64,000 bases of DNA from Phoronis australis (Eukaryota > Animalia > Phoronida): assembly GCA_002633005.1 (NCBI GenBank), contig NMRA01000756.1, forward strand, positions 68,251-132,250, given 5' to 3'. The translations under genes were made by a program, and so were the position numbers. Shown in pieces: positions 24,457 to 38,982 of the stretch (positions within the stretch are counted from its first letter, which is position 1; each line of letters opens with the position of its first letter). The notes under the pieces were generated by a model. It was not told the DNA's origin and ran no database searches. It worked only from the letters and a program-made list of their open reading frames with translations.

Positions 24457-26180
24457 CTAGTCCACGAGAGCACCAACCATAAGCGGCAAGGTGGGGATCA
24501 ACCGATTTTCACCAAATTTGGCACATATGTAGTCCTATGGGATCTATAAACAGCGGTAAAATATTTCCTCAAAATATTGCGTTTTTCTAAAGTTATAGGT
24601 TCAAACACATTTTACGGCTTTGCAGCCATGTTTTCACGGTATAAAAACTGTCCAGTTTTAACTGTTCATATTTTTCCTTGAATGAAAGCTAGTGATTTAT
24701 TATTCACTTGGCATTGTTTAGTGGAGCCTATAGATTGTTACGCAGATGTCTTTTGAAACACAATTCCTATTTACCACCCTCATTTAGTAGTTTTACTACA
24801 CTGCCCCCCGTTATGCCATTTTGAGGTTGTGTTCTGTACACTGCTGTACCAAATCTGCCCCCACTGTTATGAGAATGAAACTTAGCCAAAATGTTGACAA
24901 AACATGTTACTTTCATTGCATAAAATAAAAACTTTGTCAGCCAGTTTATTAGTTATACATTTTGGCACCTCAAATGTACTAAAATGAGAAATCTTCATAT
25001 ATCTGAGATCGATGCGTGAGCACCGTAAAATCCGATTGTCCTTCATGTTTTTCGATATTTTGCNNNNNNNNNNNNNNNNNNNNNNNNNNNNNNNNNNNNN
25101 NNNNNNNNNNNNNNNNNNNNNNNNNNNNNNNNNNNNNNNNNNNNNNNNNNNNNNNNNNNNNNNNNNNNNNNNNNNNNNNNNNNNNNNNNNNNNNNNNNNN
25201 NNNNNNNNNNNNNNNNNNNNNNNNNNNNNNNNNNNNNNNNNNNNNNNNNNNNNNNNNNNNNNNNNNNNNNNNNNNNNNNNNNNNNNNNNNNNNNNNNNNN
25301 NNNNNNNNNNNNNNNNNNNNNNNNNNNNNNNNNNNNNNNNNNNNNNNNNNNNNNNNNNNNNNNNNNNNNNNNNNNNNNNNNNNNNNNNNNNNNNNNNNNN
25401 NNNNNNNNNNNNNNNNNNNNNNNNNNNNNNNNNNNNNNNNNNNNNNNNNNNNNNNNNNNNNNNNNNNNNNNNNNNNNNNNNNNNNNNNNNNNNNNNNNNN
25501 NNNNNNNNNNNNNNNNNNNNNNNNNNNNNNNNNNNNNNNNNNNNNNNNNNNNNNNNNNNNNNNNNNNNNNNNNNNNNNNNNNNNNNNNNNNNNNNNNNNN
25601 NNNNNNNNNNNNNNNNNNNNNNNNNNNNNNNNNNNNNNNNNNNNNNNNNNNNNNNNNNNNNNNNNNNNNNNNNNNNNNNNNNNNNNNNNNNNNNNNNNNN
25701 NNNNNNNNNNNNNNNNNNNNNNNNNNNNNNNNNNNNNNNNNNNNNNNNNNNNNNNNNNNNNNNNNNNNNNNNNNNNNNNNNNNNNNNNNNNNNNNNNNNN
25801 NNNNNNNNNNNNNNNNNNNNNNNNNNNNNNNNNNNNNNNNNNNNNNNNNNNNNNNNNNNNNNNNNNNNNNNNNNNNNNNNNNNNNNNNNNNNNNNNNNNN
25901 NNNNNNNNNNNNNNNNNNNNNNNNNNNNNNNNNNNNNNNNNNNNNNNNNNNNNNNNNNNNNNNNNNNNNNNNNNNNGTTCCACACCAAGAAATTGCCTCA
26001 TTTTGCCCCCAAGAACACTTCCCTTGTATCTCCTAAACCACCAAACTTTGTGGTGTCATACTTCACCCAATTTCTCTCATCCCTAATGTGATTTATCAGG
26101 CTAAACATGGATCTGAATGGCTGACCCCCCACCTTGCCGCTTGTTGGCTGTACAGTGGTCGGTGGATCCGTGGACTGATA
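24457..26180. mobile_element. Non-autonomous TIR DNA transposon spanning the 25064-25976 gap
   Basis: Left agtccacgagagcaccaacca..aagcggcaaggtgggga matches the reverse complement of right ccccaccttgccgctt...tggtcggtggatccgtggact. Confidence 0.65.
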
Positions 26181-26949
26181 CTTAAGACCTAATGTCCATT
26201 TCTCTCTCAGTGTCTGAAGGTGCTCTAGTTTGTAAATAACACAAATACAAAGAATAGCTGTAAAGTAATGTGAAACTAGAGTTTTATCTGCAACGTGATT
26301 TTGTGAAAATGAATTCTTCTCCCAGGACACTTCTATGGCTTTTTGAACAAGGAACTGAGATAATTTTCAGTATCGCACTGGACGTGAATTTCCTCTTGCC
26401 ACAATAGAATCATTTCTAGAATTGAGTAGTGGAGAGATAACCTGCGAGGATTTAACTGAAGAAGTCAAAATTTGGAAGGATCAGTTAGCACTGTTATTTT
26501 CTATAGCGTTTTTTACATTGAAGTGTTGGACTCCAATATGTATCCAATGTTCGCAAGGAAGCTTGTAAAGTACAATTTTCATAAAATAATTTTTTGTACT
26601 TGATACACAGTAAAGGGAACGCAATTTTAAGTGTTGTAATTTTGCCTGCAGAAGAAAAACATAATTGTATACTAACATGAAATAGTTAGTAAAACAGATA
26701 AACAAAGCCACTCGCATCTCGCAACACTGTCAAGACTTCTTGACTGGCCATGTGGTGGTGATCCAAGAAATAAATTACCTCCCTGATATATGTCTTTGCA
26801 AAAGCCCCCACTTATTTCAGTGCTGCCCCCCCCCCCCCTCCTCGACATGGGCAGCGCATCATAGGGAGCTGGAGGAGCTAAAGCCCCCCACTTATTTCGG
26901 TGCCGCGCCCCCATGAGTAGGACGACGGAAAGGTCAGTGAGTGCATTAC

Positions 26950-27115
26950 GGTGGTTGATGTCGTTTGAGGTGAATATGAATGCACTGGTAAACCCTCAAT
27001 CAATTCTGTGATAGGCCATGTAGAGGCGGAAAGAACAGTGGTGGTTGGTGTCGTTTCACATTGATATGAATGCACTGGTAAACTTTCAGTCAATTCTGTG
27101 ACGGGTCATGTAGAG
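26950..27115 (+). repeat. Imperfect tandem duplication, about 90-bp unit x2
   Basis: ggtggttg.tgtcgttt...atatgaatgcactggtaaac..tca.tcaattctgtga..gg.catgtagag occurs twice. Confidence 0.75.
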
Positions 27116-28904
27116 TTTTTTTATTGCATCGGTTCTATCAGAAATTGCTACTTAAATCTTTTATTGTCATAGTCAGCGTGCCAAAATCATCAATTTTAGA
27201 TTTGATGGCAATATCATGTTATAAGCAGGCAACCGTGTCCAAAGTAGATATATTGAATCGTAAGGGTTGCCAAGCCGACATATACACTGTTGTCATAGTA
27301 ACCAGGTGTTTTACCAGTCAATATCGGCAATTTCAGGTTTTCATAGCAAATTTTCATATGAAGCATGTAACCTTGCCAAGAGTGCTTGGATTGACTCTGT
27401 TGAAACTTAGGGGTACTGCGAAGGTGATTGGGTAATCCTTACAATGCTAACCAGGTATTTTTCATAGTCAAGTTTAGAAATTTTAAGCTTGATGGCAGTC
27501 ATGTTAAAAGGTCGGCAAACATGCTTAAATCTGTAATGTGATTCTCCCTAAACACTTATCAATCAGTTCCTGACGTCACGCCTGTTTTAGAATATTTATT
27601 GTTCTTGCACGTTCTCCCGTGTCACTGTGATGACAAAAATTGTTGAAATTTATAATTTAATAAAGTTCGGACAGTTTTATAGTTAGCATGTAAAGCTATA
27701 TTTCGCCTCTGTTTAGTTGTCGATATTAAATTCATAACCGAAGCGCTTTGGGTTTTGAGAACATTACCGCGTTTATCAGAATGAGTCATCTACTCAAGTG
27801 GCAGGCTTTCGCCATTTTCGAATCCGCAATATTTTATGTTTGGCCAAATCCAATAAACTCTCAATCGTTTTCTTGAGTCATCAATTGTTTTGATAATCTT
27901 CTTAGTAACGGAAATAGAATTTTTCACTTTGAAAATATGGAATAGCACCGATTTGATGAGAGTAATAGGCCCAATTCGATTTTCCTTTTTGTCCTCTAAA
28001 CAGGACAAAATTTGCATTACTTTACTGTGATGACAGTAAATGATTAACTTTCCGAAAACCATGGGAAATTTACTACGTTATCTAGTAGTACGTCACAAGG
28101 AGCCAACAATGCAAAGGCTGCAGTTCGAATGTTCATCTCGACGTTGCCACTGGTCTGGGTCAACAAAAACCCCTCTTTACACTCAGTCTCAATACATGAA
28201 AAAAGCATAACTTCAGAAAACACACTCAGTGGGATTTCTCAAAGATGAAGAAATTTGACAAGGAAATGTGTTTTTGCTTTGCTACGTTCACGGGAAAAAT
28301 AAGATGTCAGGAAATGCAAAAAAAACATGCATTTTTTCCCAAATTCACCATTTCCCCGGTACAAGTGGGGAGACAAGAATCCAAATGTTTTTGCATTTTA
28401 AATTCATGAAATCTAGGTTAAACTATGTCATTACAAACCAGATTTTTGCCGATTCCTTCGTGTCTGAAGGGTATACCTGTCTGTATTTGTACCAAAACTT
28501 TCCCACTGAACAAGAAAATGCTTTCAAAATGGCGGAACTTGCGTATCCGGGCAGAGCAAAAAAGATGCCAAATTTCTTGGGCCTCATTTTCTCAAAACAA
28601 CTTCAATGAACTACTGAATAGTATTTGTGGCAATCACTTGCCATTTACTCCACAACATTGCCATCAAACCTGATTCACACCACTTTTTTAAATTTTGGGC
28701 GTTACAGAAGTCCAATAACCACAATGCATGGGAAGTATATTAATAAAAAATAATTGCAGGCGGTCTGATAGACGTTGTATCAGACGTGCGCAGGCCTCGC
28801 ATGTGGGGCCATTCCACTGATCACCTGGAAATATTTTTATGCTTTATTAATATATCGTTAAAACCGAGCTGAGGAGCTAGAAACCTGGCTCAAGGGTTTA
28901 GCAG

Positions 28905-28971
28905 TGTGACCTGGTGGGACTCGAACCCACGACATCGAGTAAAGAAAGTGGGCACTTATCAACCAGGCCAC
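28905..28971 (-). mobile_element. tRNA-derived SINE head
   Basis: Reverse strand gtggcctggttgataagtg...gtgggttcgagtcccaccaggtcac: A box plus perfect B box GGTTCGAGTCC. Confidence 0.65.
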
Positions 28972-30664
28972 ATTGCCTCCTCATGCATGGGAAGTAGTCG
29001 AAGGGTATTTTTCGAGAGACATTCTTCTGAAAGCCGTGGACTTGACCGGCTCTTCATCATTATGCGAGCATTGTTGGAAACGAACTTGTTTCATTTAGTG
29101 CAGGTCCATCGAAAATATTTTCATTCATATTGTCTGACTCAGCCAATATGTCTGTTTATGACGTAAACTCAGCTGAGTCATCCTTGAGCACATAAGGTAG
29201 ATAACTCTTATTTATTTTCAGCGTGTCAGTTGTGCTACAGCACTATGGAAATAAAAGAAAGATTAAGCGGTTAATTTATCGGTTATTTATGTTATATATC
29301 AGTGTCATGAATATTTAATTTCCATTCATTAAACTCGCAAACAATGAACTGTAGGTAAGTAAGACTTTAAAACACGTATCAGAAATTGTATACTTAATAG
29401 TAGACAATTCCTGTAACTTTAATTCACGCTGCATATTAAATTAAGTGACGGTATGTCCGCTGAACATGTACAACTGTACCAGCGCTTTTGTCATAAGTAA
29501 TTGCATGTAGCGAAGTAAACTCGTTCTGTTTGGGAATTTTCAACTAGAGTTTTAGTTGACCAAGACACCAGTTTGCTTATCATTCCAGAATAAAGCTATA
29601 GGTATGGGGCGTTTAACTTATTGAAAACTTGCATGTCGAGTTCAGAACTTCATTCATTTTGATCAACATTTATACATTATTCACACGCCTGAGTATTCAA
29701 CTAGTCAAATGATTTCATTCAGATATTATGTATAAAATTACTACTTAAAGATGTATTTCCATGCTCCTAACTATGCTAGTGTATAGTAGGAACTAAACGA
29801 CAATGCTATTTCAGCATTATCTACGCTAAACAAAGTGAAGTTGTATTCTTTGACAACTCGTAAATGTGAAAACAAAAAATTCTGCAAAAAGTTAAACTCT
29901 GCACTAATGACGTACCTTGGGGGCTCACATAACCTGCATCATGCAGTGTTATTCCCAACACCACGTCACGATACTTACGGGACATGGTTGAATGATTAAC
30001 GGCAGATCATTTTTGACACAAAACTCGTTTTTGAAAACGTTTGGTTATTTTTAACCTACTTCATATTCACATCGTCGCAGTATGTTTTGTTTCTAACTAA
30101 TTTGACCAAGCAATCGCAGAGACAAGAAATTAGAGTGCAAGTTTCACTTTGTTTTTCAAAAATGTCATGTATTTTCGATCATCTCGTTCACGGGCTCCTC
30201 TAGCTGAGATGTCCCGCTGCTTAGCTTACCGGGTCTGTACTACTAGCATATTTATTGTAAATGTTTCTAAAGGAGGCACACTTGCAAAGTACAAGCATTT
30301 TAGAGGTCCCCTTGATTGAAGTTGCCGTTGCCTCCAATAACATCTTCGTAACGTTCTCGACAACAGACATTCTACTCCTTGTCCTTAGTAACACAACTAA
30401 CGACCGTTGCCGTCGCAGTTTGTTGCGCATTCTCACGGTGACTAAGTTGGCGAGAAACTGTGTAAGAAACTGAAAATGTGAACAGTATACTGAGCCAAAG
30501 ACTTGTACAACGTATAAAAACTAATTCCAAAGTCAGTTTTCCATGTTTTACTGATAATTACTGCACGTGCAGCCGGCTTCTTAAAAAACGAACAAAAAGA
30601 CACCAATTCAGCTGTTTTCACCCCCAAAGTCACTACTAGGAACTGAGAGACAGCGCATTCAGAC

Positions 30665-31105
30665 TTCTGTGCCCGGTTGCATGAAACAGTTCCAAATACG
30701 GACTCAACGAAGGTCCCTAAATCTAATGCATGCTTGTGGACTAGTGAAGACACTGAATGTCATTTCCTATAATGTTTTAGTTTCATTATTAAGTCAATTT
30801 TTGGCTTTGCTACAAAGCTAGATTGATTTTTACGTTGCCTTTTTCTCAAAATCATTAAAAATAAGTAGGGACCTTCATTTTCATGCAACGCTCCTAATTT
30901 AAGGACTACGTCCCCATTCGTTTTCAATGAATTAAGGGTTCAGATTTTAGTTATACCACTAGAAAATGTCATTAGTCACAGAAGATATCATAATAAAGAT
31001 AAAATGATAGACGAATATTACATTTGTGAGTAAAGAACGGCACAAGTTTTGGGGATCTTAGTTGTGTCCCTATAAGGGACTGTTTCATGCAACCGGGCAC
31101 AGAAT
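30665..31105. mobile_element. MITE with long TIRs
   Basis: ttctgtgcccggttgcatgaaacagttcc / gggactgtttcatgcaaccgggcacagaa; imperfect pairing extends about 55 bp. Confidence 0.8.
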
Positions 31106-33010
31106 TCTCCGAATTACAGAAATCAGGTGAAATGTGGGTATCGACCAGCCAAATTTTTCACAAATCCTAAGTGTCTGAATTTCAACTTTCCGCGGCACAA
31201 AACTTAAAATGCCCAGGTAACCTAGTGGTGTAGACGCAAGTGTTTTATGACAAAAAACTATTGAGTGTCACATTCGGTCACTGTTTTGAATTATGTTGCC
31301 TAGTTACGGGAGTCCACGGTGCCTTGCCTATGCTATCGCACGACGCTTAACTTTCAAGTGCCAGCACGGTAGCTTAAACAAGCAAAATGAATAGCCATTA
31401 TAGCCGAGGTCATTAAACGCATTCACTATTCAAGTTCAGGTGACAACTTATTGACTTTTTGGCGCGCTCGAGACGAAATTGATTTTAACCTTTATGGTCT
31501 ACTCTAAATTGTCACTGAGATTTGTCAGTGATGATGTTTTTATATGGAAGGATAAAGTTATGATATGCTGGACTATTGGTGATCGGTCACGGCGCTGATT
31601 TTCGTGTGCAGTTGTATATTTCGCTCCAGCACAGAAACAGAAAGTTGATGTAAGTCACATCGATGATTTTTCTATAAGGTCACTGTTAATGATGCTGGTT
31701 TACATTGAATTTCACCTTCAATATTTAGAAAACACTCTGCTGTCACTCACCCATGTACATGACGGTGCGAGAACGAAAACTTGAAACAAATACCCAACCT
31801 TTAGGAACTGTGTTCATTTCTCTTACTTAAATGTTCAGGTATGAGTCAAAATCAGCGAGTTGTTTACATGCCGAGTGTACAGTTGCCGTTGTGTACATAA
31901 ATGGAGAATCGCAGCGTACAGTCTGAGGTCGGTTGACGGAAATTACATAAACAGACATCATTAAAAATCAACAGTTATTATTCGTTCTACATTTTTTCAG
32001 ATGGGGGACGTTTTATCGAAATTTTACTTGTCAATGAGGTTTTATTTGAATTAGGATACTTGTGATCATTTCTTAACTCATGTCGGTGGTAAGAGGACCG
32101 TTTTAAGTATGACAGCATTTCAACCATATCTGGTTCTGGAACTTGTGCTTTTTTACAATTAACAACTCCACTTAGAGTTAAAAGCATTATTCAGGTAAAC
32201 CACTTCCTAGTGTCACGGCAGGTTACTCTTGTGGTTCGAGGCCGAGTGCGCGGTCTTTTCTCACAGCTGTCGATGAACTCGTCTAAAGCGTTAGCAACGC
32301 TTGCCGACGTAGCAGACTTTGTATGGAATTTTATGAATTACTAATTGTTTCACGTCAAGGTTGCAAACATTCCAACAAGAACATGTCAAGTTAACGACAA
32401 TGATTCACCTTGTTTAAGCCACCAACTGTGGGCTTCATCTTGTCCATGATGTTATCATATGTGATTAGGAACGCTAATCCGCATTATTAAAGAAACAAAA
32501 GATAGGGTTCTAAAAACACTATTCGGGAAAGAGTTTGGACTAAACTGACTTGCATTTTAATTTGTTGTCTTCGATGTTTTAACTTCAGATATTTTAATAA
32601 ATGTAAAAGTTGAAAATCAAGTTCGTATTCCAACAGGCACAATGTGTTGCAACGAGAAGTCGATGCGATATTTCCACTCGCTTGTAACTTTAATCTTAAT
32701 GTCAGTTATCGAAAATCTTTAATAGTGTGTAAACAGGCGACTTGAACTCAAGCTATGTTTGAACACTTCACATGTCTTTTTTAGTACAATTAATATTTTC
32801 TCAGATAATGACTCACACAATGCCTAACCAGGTAAATGGGATGGACTCACGTCATTCTGCACTCGACCAGCGTTTCCGGCACTGTCTCTAGAACATAACC
32901 CGTTCGGTATCGGCTGGGGCTGCTCAGTTTCCTATTTGACCGCTCGCGTAAGTACATTTGTTCAACAGTTTTCGGGCTACGAGAAGGAAAACCGTTTTTA
33001 ATGCTGTGGC

Positions 33011-33178
33011 AATGGCGCCATGGTGTTATGCTATTTGATAAGTAAAGGCTGTGGCATTCAGTATGGAACTTAATGTGAATAATGACGATAATGACGCCAT
33101 GGTGTTATGCTATTTGATAAGTAAAGGCTGTGGCATTCAGTATGGAACTTAATGTGAATAATGACGATAATGACGATA
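33011..33178 (+). repeat. Tandem duplication, 79-bp unit x2
   Basis: cgccatggtgttatgctatttgataagtaaaggctgtggcattcagtatggaacttaatgtgaataatgacgata repeated. Confidence 0.9.
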
Positions 33179-33926
33179 AAGATTTCATTGACAAAGACGA
33201 AGATGATTGCGACTTAAGTTCAACATTTTCAGTTTTCTTAACCTCATAGTGTTTATTTCCGGCGTTTAGTCGTATAACTTCAACTGTCTGTGAATAGCAT
33301 CATAATCATAGTTATTCAGTTAACCTGTGTTAGGAATTGACATCCTGCATTTTCAGTTGTGCTTCACACCTTGCCATTTGCTTAGATGACAGTTATTCGT
33401 CATCAGCCAAACGGGGGGGGGGGGGGGGGGGNNGGGGGGGGGTGAAAATTTAAAATAAATATTGAATTGAATTTGATTGAGATAATGTCATTTTGCCATA
33501 TTTTGATTTTCAGCTCGTTTGGTATTCTTTCAAATCGTCGATTTTTACAACATCGATTTCCATTTCACCATAATGCTTGTTGTTCACTCTAGGTTATCAT
33601 TACCATCGCTGAAAACAGAACACTTTTTGTACACCTGCGTGCTGAACTTTCAGTCCCTCACAGATGTCTTAAATCCTCTTACCTGGAATCAAGGTTCTAA
33701 TTATCGCCAAGAACGTATATCTAGCGGAGAACAAGTGGACGCGACTTACTTGTCAATTAGAGAGAATATCATCGATTCGTTTCCAGTCGAAGTAAAGGAG
33801 ATCAGTGGTCGTGATGAAATTAATCGTTGCTCAAACTCCCGACAGTCGTCTTGAAATCATGTCGCCAGTGTTCACAGAGAAAAATGATTTTTTCGAATAT
33901 GTGTGATGTAATTTCAAAGGCCAGGT

Positions 33927-34718
33927 ATGATCACAGCGCGTCAAGTAGCTAGCGTGCGTCGGCAACGCGAGGCGGCCCGAAGAAACAGCAATACTGCGAC
34001 AAAACTAATAAATGACACTTCGTCTCAAGGGAAAGACCTGAATTCTCCGGCCCCCTCGCAGGCTGGCTCCCCAGCCAGGCGCTTCGTGGATGCGTTGTCG
34101 TCTGTTACGAGCTCACCAGCGCGTTCTATTGCAAGCACTTTATCCACATCATTGCCAAGCTCTGGTCCTAATTCTCCAGCTCGTAAGCGTTCTGTAAATC
34201 CGTCTAACCCATTAGCGTCTCCAGCTCGCAGAGTGCAAGTGCAGGCGACTACATCGTCAAACTCGCCAGTAAGTCAACCAGGACGGAGTGATACTTCATT
34301 CAAATTCTCTTCGAAGTCAGTTTCTTCTACTCCATTGTCGTCAAGGTTAATTGACGGCGATATGCCACCATCTTACCAAAGCTGCCATGAAACTTGCCAC
34401 GAACCTGTTTTTGGTCTACCAAAGTCTTTATCGAATGGCACATCTTCAACGCACGGAACCATGTCACCCATTACGGATAGCTGTTCTCACAAAATCCACC
34501 ACCCGTCATCTTTAAGTATTTCTCCAAATTTAAACAAAATACAAAACGGTGCTACACCTGCCCAGAGATTTCCACCCCGTTCCACAGATGGACTGCCACG
34601 GTTTGCACAGCTCATCACCACGCCAGGAACAGGGGTTCAGTTTGGTGCTATAGGAATTTGGCGTTCCCCGACCCAGCCTTCAAAGTGTGGCATCCCAAAA
34701 ATAAACACAGTCGTGAAG
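33927..34718 (+). CDS. TMEM272-like membrane protein, coding exon 1 (S/P-rich disordered N-terminus)
   Basis: 264-codon open frame ending at a strong donor GTGAAG|gtgagt (phase 0), in phase with the next exon; contains PPSY. Start codon inferred. Confidence 0.75.
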
Positions 34719-35036
34719 GTGAGTACATGTATGTAAATTCCCCTTGAACTGAGCAATAATTTAATAGTCAAAACGTTACTCGGACCTATACAGGGTCCAA
34801 TCTAAGTTTGAATCACAACTCGGATTTAGTTTCAGTGTACCACTGTATTGGTTAGTGATAAATTCTGTCATGAAGGTGGCACAGACTTATAGATACAACA
34901 AGAAAATGAAGCGTTGTCTCTAATGAGTGTAAAAATGATATTTATTAAGTTATTTGTTGAATAAATGTACATGCCTATGAGAAGCCTGTAATTCACCAGG
35001 TATTCAGCGTCAAGTGCAACAATCACTGCCCCTCTA

Positions 35037-35340
35037 CAATGCCCTGAATAAGGCTTCTGGGGGCCCTAAGCTATAAAAAGTCTGGCGGCCCTAGTCATTA
35101 CAATTCCCACTTTCTCTACACTGGTGGCCACGACTTTCGAGGGGTCCATATATCGACGAGACAGGGCCCCTTAGTATTTCATTAGACCACGCGCCCTTTG
35201 CTGGAACTTTGTAAGCTTAATGAATTGCCCCGCATCCGCGTCATCACACTTGTATAATATACCTTGTGGAGATGGGAGCCCCTATTTTGCGTGGGGCTCC
35301 AAGCTGTACCTTACTTAGCTTAATGTATAATCTGGCACTG
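35037..35340. mobile_element. Intronic MITE-like element
   Basis: Ends caatgccctgaataa / ttaatgtataatctggcactg with internal repeated ggggccc(t)aagct motifs. Confidence 0.45.
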
Positions 35341-38300
35341 CGTCTGCACCAATGCATTTGCATTCACAAGAGGACCATGAGGGACCCTTAGCTCAAGAAC
35401 GTGCTCCGTTCAGGCAAGGTTTCTGCACTTAGTCACCACTACTCAGTGAATCCCTTTGACAGTCATGCAATGTATGACCAGTTTAACACAAGGTTTATAG
35501 TCACGACGTGTATTTAAGTAAACGTAGGTAAATCATTAAAATTCAACTGTGACATATTCAATAAAATTTCGAAATTTTTCATTGCTACATAAAACTTCCT
35601 TAAACGTATTTCTATAGGATTTACAAAACAATTCAAATTTTCATCAAATACTAAGGATTAAGTGAAGGCGTGACATATGTTTCTAAAACGATATCACGTT
35701 GTTCCAATTTTTCTGGGATGGCACGTGCACAGAGAATGTTTCAGCCTGAGAACCAAACACGAAAGAAGAGAGGTATAGGTAGCGGGGGCGGGGGGAAGGA
35801 GGGTGAGGATGGAACCTCATTAAACATCGAACGTTCCATATAAGCAGATCTAATCCAACAAAGTTACCAAAACTTCCCTTACCATGATTACAAATGGTTT
35901 CTACCATCAGATTTAATTGAAAAATCACCTTTGGTTGATATCAACCCTCAAAGTTTCATGACATTTTGACATCCGTTTAACTTGCCAATGCCCCGAACTG
36001 TCTGTATAAGAATGGAAATCATTTTCTAACATGTTCAGAAATGTAAGAGATTTTGTGTGGCTGCGTAATTTGGTCGATATATCTAATTGCAATTTTAGTG
36101 ATGAATACAAAGAAGTCTCTTTTACTGACAGTGTGTTCCTTGCAAGATGGCTGAACTAACTGATGATAATGAGAGTCATAAAAGAACAAGTTACACATTT
36201 TGCTAGTGCTGTATTTTGCAACTCGCAGCTATAAGCCGTGTACATGCGTAATTTTCGGATCCTTAATTTTAGTGTGCGGCCAAGTCTTCAATACACATTG
36301 TAGTGTTCTTGAACTGCTGGTGTTCTCATTGATAACGAAATTAGAATCACATGATGGCAGTAAGGAATGTTACGAGACCGACTCTTTGAGTCAGTGTAAA
36401 AGGCCTAATTTGATTTTCGTTTGTTTTTTGTTATCTACTAGCTTTAACCAACATGAAACTTCATTGGCTCATATTGTCTCTCTATCACGGCTATATTAGT
36501 TTCGTAGAGAACTTCTCTTGCTAGAAATGTGAGATCACGCATTTAAGACCACCTACGCAAATCACACGAGTGAGAAGCGAGTATGACGCAAGTATGAGCT
36601 TTGGGACTTCAGGAGACTCTGTTCAGTTCTCACTGGGTTTTCCCTTGGCAGTGCGCACATCAGTGGACTTGCCGCCTTTCTTCTACTCTGCCATTTCGTC
36701 TCAGTTGCGCTACACGTGACTAGAGAAGCTTTATATTTATTACACTATTGGCCCTTTTACCAAAAAAGGAAAAGTGGCTCCGAAGAATTTGAAAAAACGC
36801 AAAATTGATAGTTTTCTGTCCAAAGCCACTATTTCCCTGCCAATACTGGATTTGAGCCAACAAAAGGTTCTGAAAGCAAATTCACTACAGATTCCACTAG
36901 GCACAAAAAGTGCTCGTACCTGGTCAAAGTGTTATGGGTTGTTTTGGGGCTACCTTAAATCGCAGCAGATTTCTCAATCAGTATCAACCCAGTAATAATT
37001 CAGGGGCCGTCGCTGTGACGAAAAGTTCCACTTATCCAATAGTTGGCTTTTCCGTTCACAACAAGTTCACAAATACAATCTAACCTGAGTTCCGTACATC
37101 CACTTGAAATGCATATATCAAAACTGCCGACAAACCTGGCCTACCCCAAGAAATTTTAAGTTATTCTCAATGTACAGTGCCATCTCATTACTCTTAGCAA
37201 AATTCTTGCCACCGAAATGATTGGTCTGCGAGGCTAAATTTAGTAAAACACGTTTCCCTCCCATAAACGGCCTAGTATTTCGAGAGTATATTTCATGCAG
37301 GTTGCATATCAGTTGTACAATTCAACATTTATCCTTATGCCATAAACCACTATTGTGACTGACGTCACGATAAACAAAGATCTGAAAATGCATCATTTGC
37401 TTAATGTTGAAGGTGTGTCAACAAACTCGATCACTAAAGGTGCATTGCGCATCTGACCTTTAACCTAATCCTCAGTGACCACATGGACTTCTGAAAGCAC
37501 AACGCTGAAAAATGCTGATATCTGCTCAGATTATTGTACATTGGAGGATTTCATATCAACCCAATGTCGTATTTGTAGAATGCGTACATTACACGCCTTT
37601 ATGCAAATGTCTAACCATCGGTCGCTGTATACCGGCCGCGAAGGACGTGAATCCACAAGTCTCCGACCGATGTTAACTTGCAACATTCGAGCATACTGCG
37701 CTCAGCGTGATGAAAATCGATGCAGTACCGTTAGGTATTTCGTAGCGAATGAGACTGTTAACCAACAGAGAGGTTGACAGTACGCCATGCAAGGCTTAAT
37801 TATTGTCATTTATACAAGATGGTGGCGACTGGTGCCGTCTTTTCCACTGCGGATTTCACGCAAAAGTAATGAATAATTGGCCCCACAGTTCGTGGTTGTT
37901 TCTCGTACGAGAATCACGTGAGGCAGTGATTGATGGTGTAATTACTCACCTTTGTTGAGTTTGACGTTCACTTGTCATTTTGCAAGGTGGACAAATACAA
38001 CCATATCGTTAGCTTTGTGCATTGATGCAATGGCCTGGATGTCTTGTAACTGTTTCTCTGACCAGTTTATTGTCGTGTAAACACCATCGAACGTTTCTCA
38101 TAGACCTTTTCAGTTAAGTTCAAGATAAACCGTAGATAGTGGATTGTCAAAGCAGAAGACGTGATCCGGAGAGAGAAAACAAACGCATTCTCGGCCACAA
38201 TTGTGTGTTGCCGAAAGAATATTGAAGACATATGTCTATTCAATGCATTATCGGATATAGCTGTCATTTGGATCTGGCAACTTTAATTTTATCGTCAATT

Positions 38301-38982
38301 TTGCTCCTTACCCAAGGATTCTTCTAAATTACTTTTTCACCAGACAATTTGCCGCGAACTATGAAAAGACCTAGTGTGGAAGTTGCTCACCTGTGAAATT
38401 TAATCAACCAATCATACGCATGTCAGGTTCCTGGGTCTCGTAGAATTGCAAGAACAATAACGCAATTAGATGTTGTTTAGAAGCAATCTTCCATAAATCA
38501 CATCGTGCCTAGAACCCAAGAATTATTGGAATTTTTCTGAATAGTGTATCGTGAAATCTGCGCTTTTCCCGCCGGTGAAATCTTTTCGATATGAATGGTG
38601 TGTTCCGTGGGGTTTGTGGACGGACCTCCATGATGAAGCCTGACAGAAAGCAGGCAATATATCGGAGTTGTTCTATAAGCTCTGACGGCCAAGGGGGTAG
38701 ACATTTCTGTTTAAACACAGTCGACAGTCAGGTACAGTGTTGTGTTTGGGAATTAATGCAAGCAAAACAAACCATTATTATGGTAATTGTAAACTAAAAC
38801 TCCACTCAGCCTTGACGTTCCCAGAAATTAAGACAACTAAAATATTACAGGCATTGATAATTGGGAAGTAAGAAACATGTGCCTTTCTGAATTTAATTAC
38901 CAATTAGTACAGTATTTATCCGATGAACTGGAAGACACCTCATGGGTTTTTATTATTTCGAGAACGTCTTACTCCCTTTCAG

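Noticed and set aside
24882-26091. Long ORFs made of X (also 43863-44924, 52199-53037, 59005-59432)
   Set aside because: Assembly gaps, not coding sequence.
26368-26510. Exon-like frame YRTGREFPLATIESFLELSSGEITCEDLTEEVKIWKDQ
   Set aside because: No recognisable family, no clear donor and no partner exons.
28905-28971. Functional tRNA gene (also 21127-21186)
   Set aside because: A/B boxes present but acceptor and anticodon stems do not pair; treated as SINE heads.
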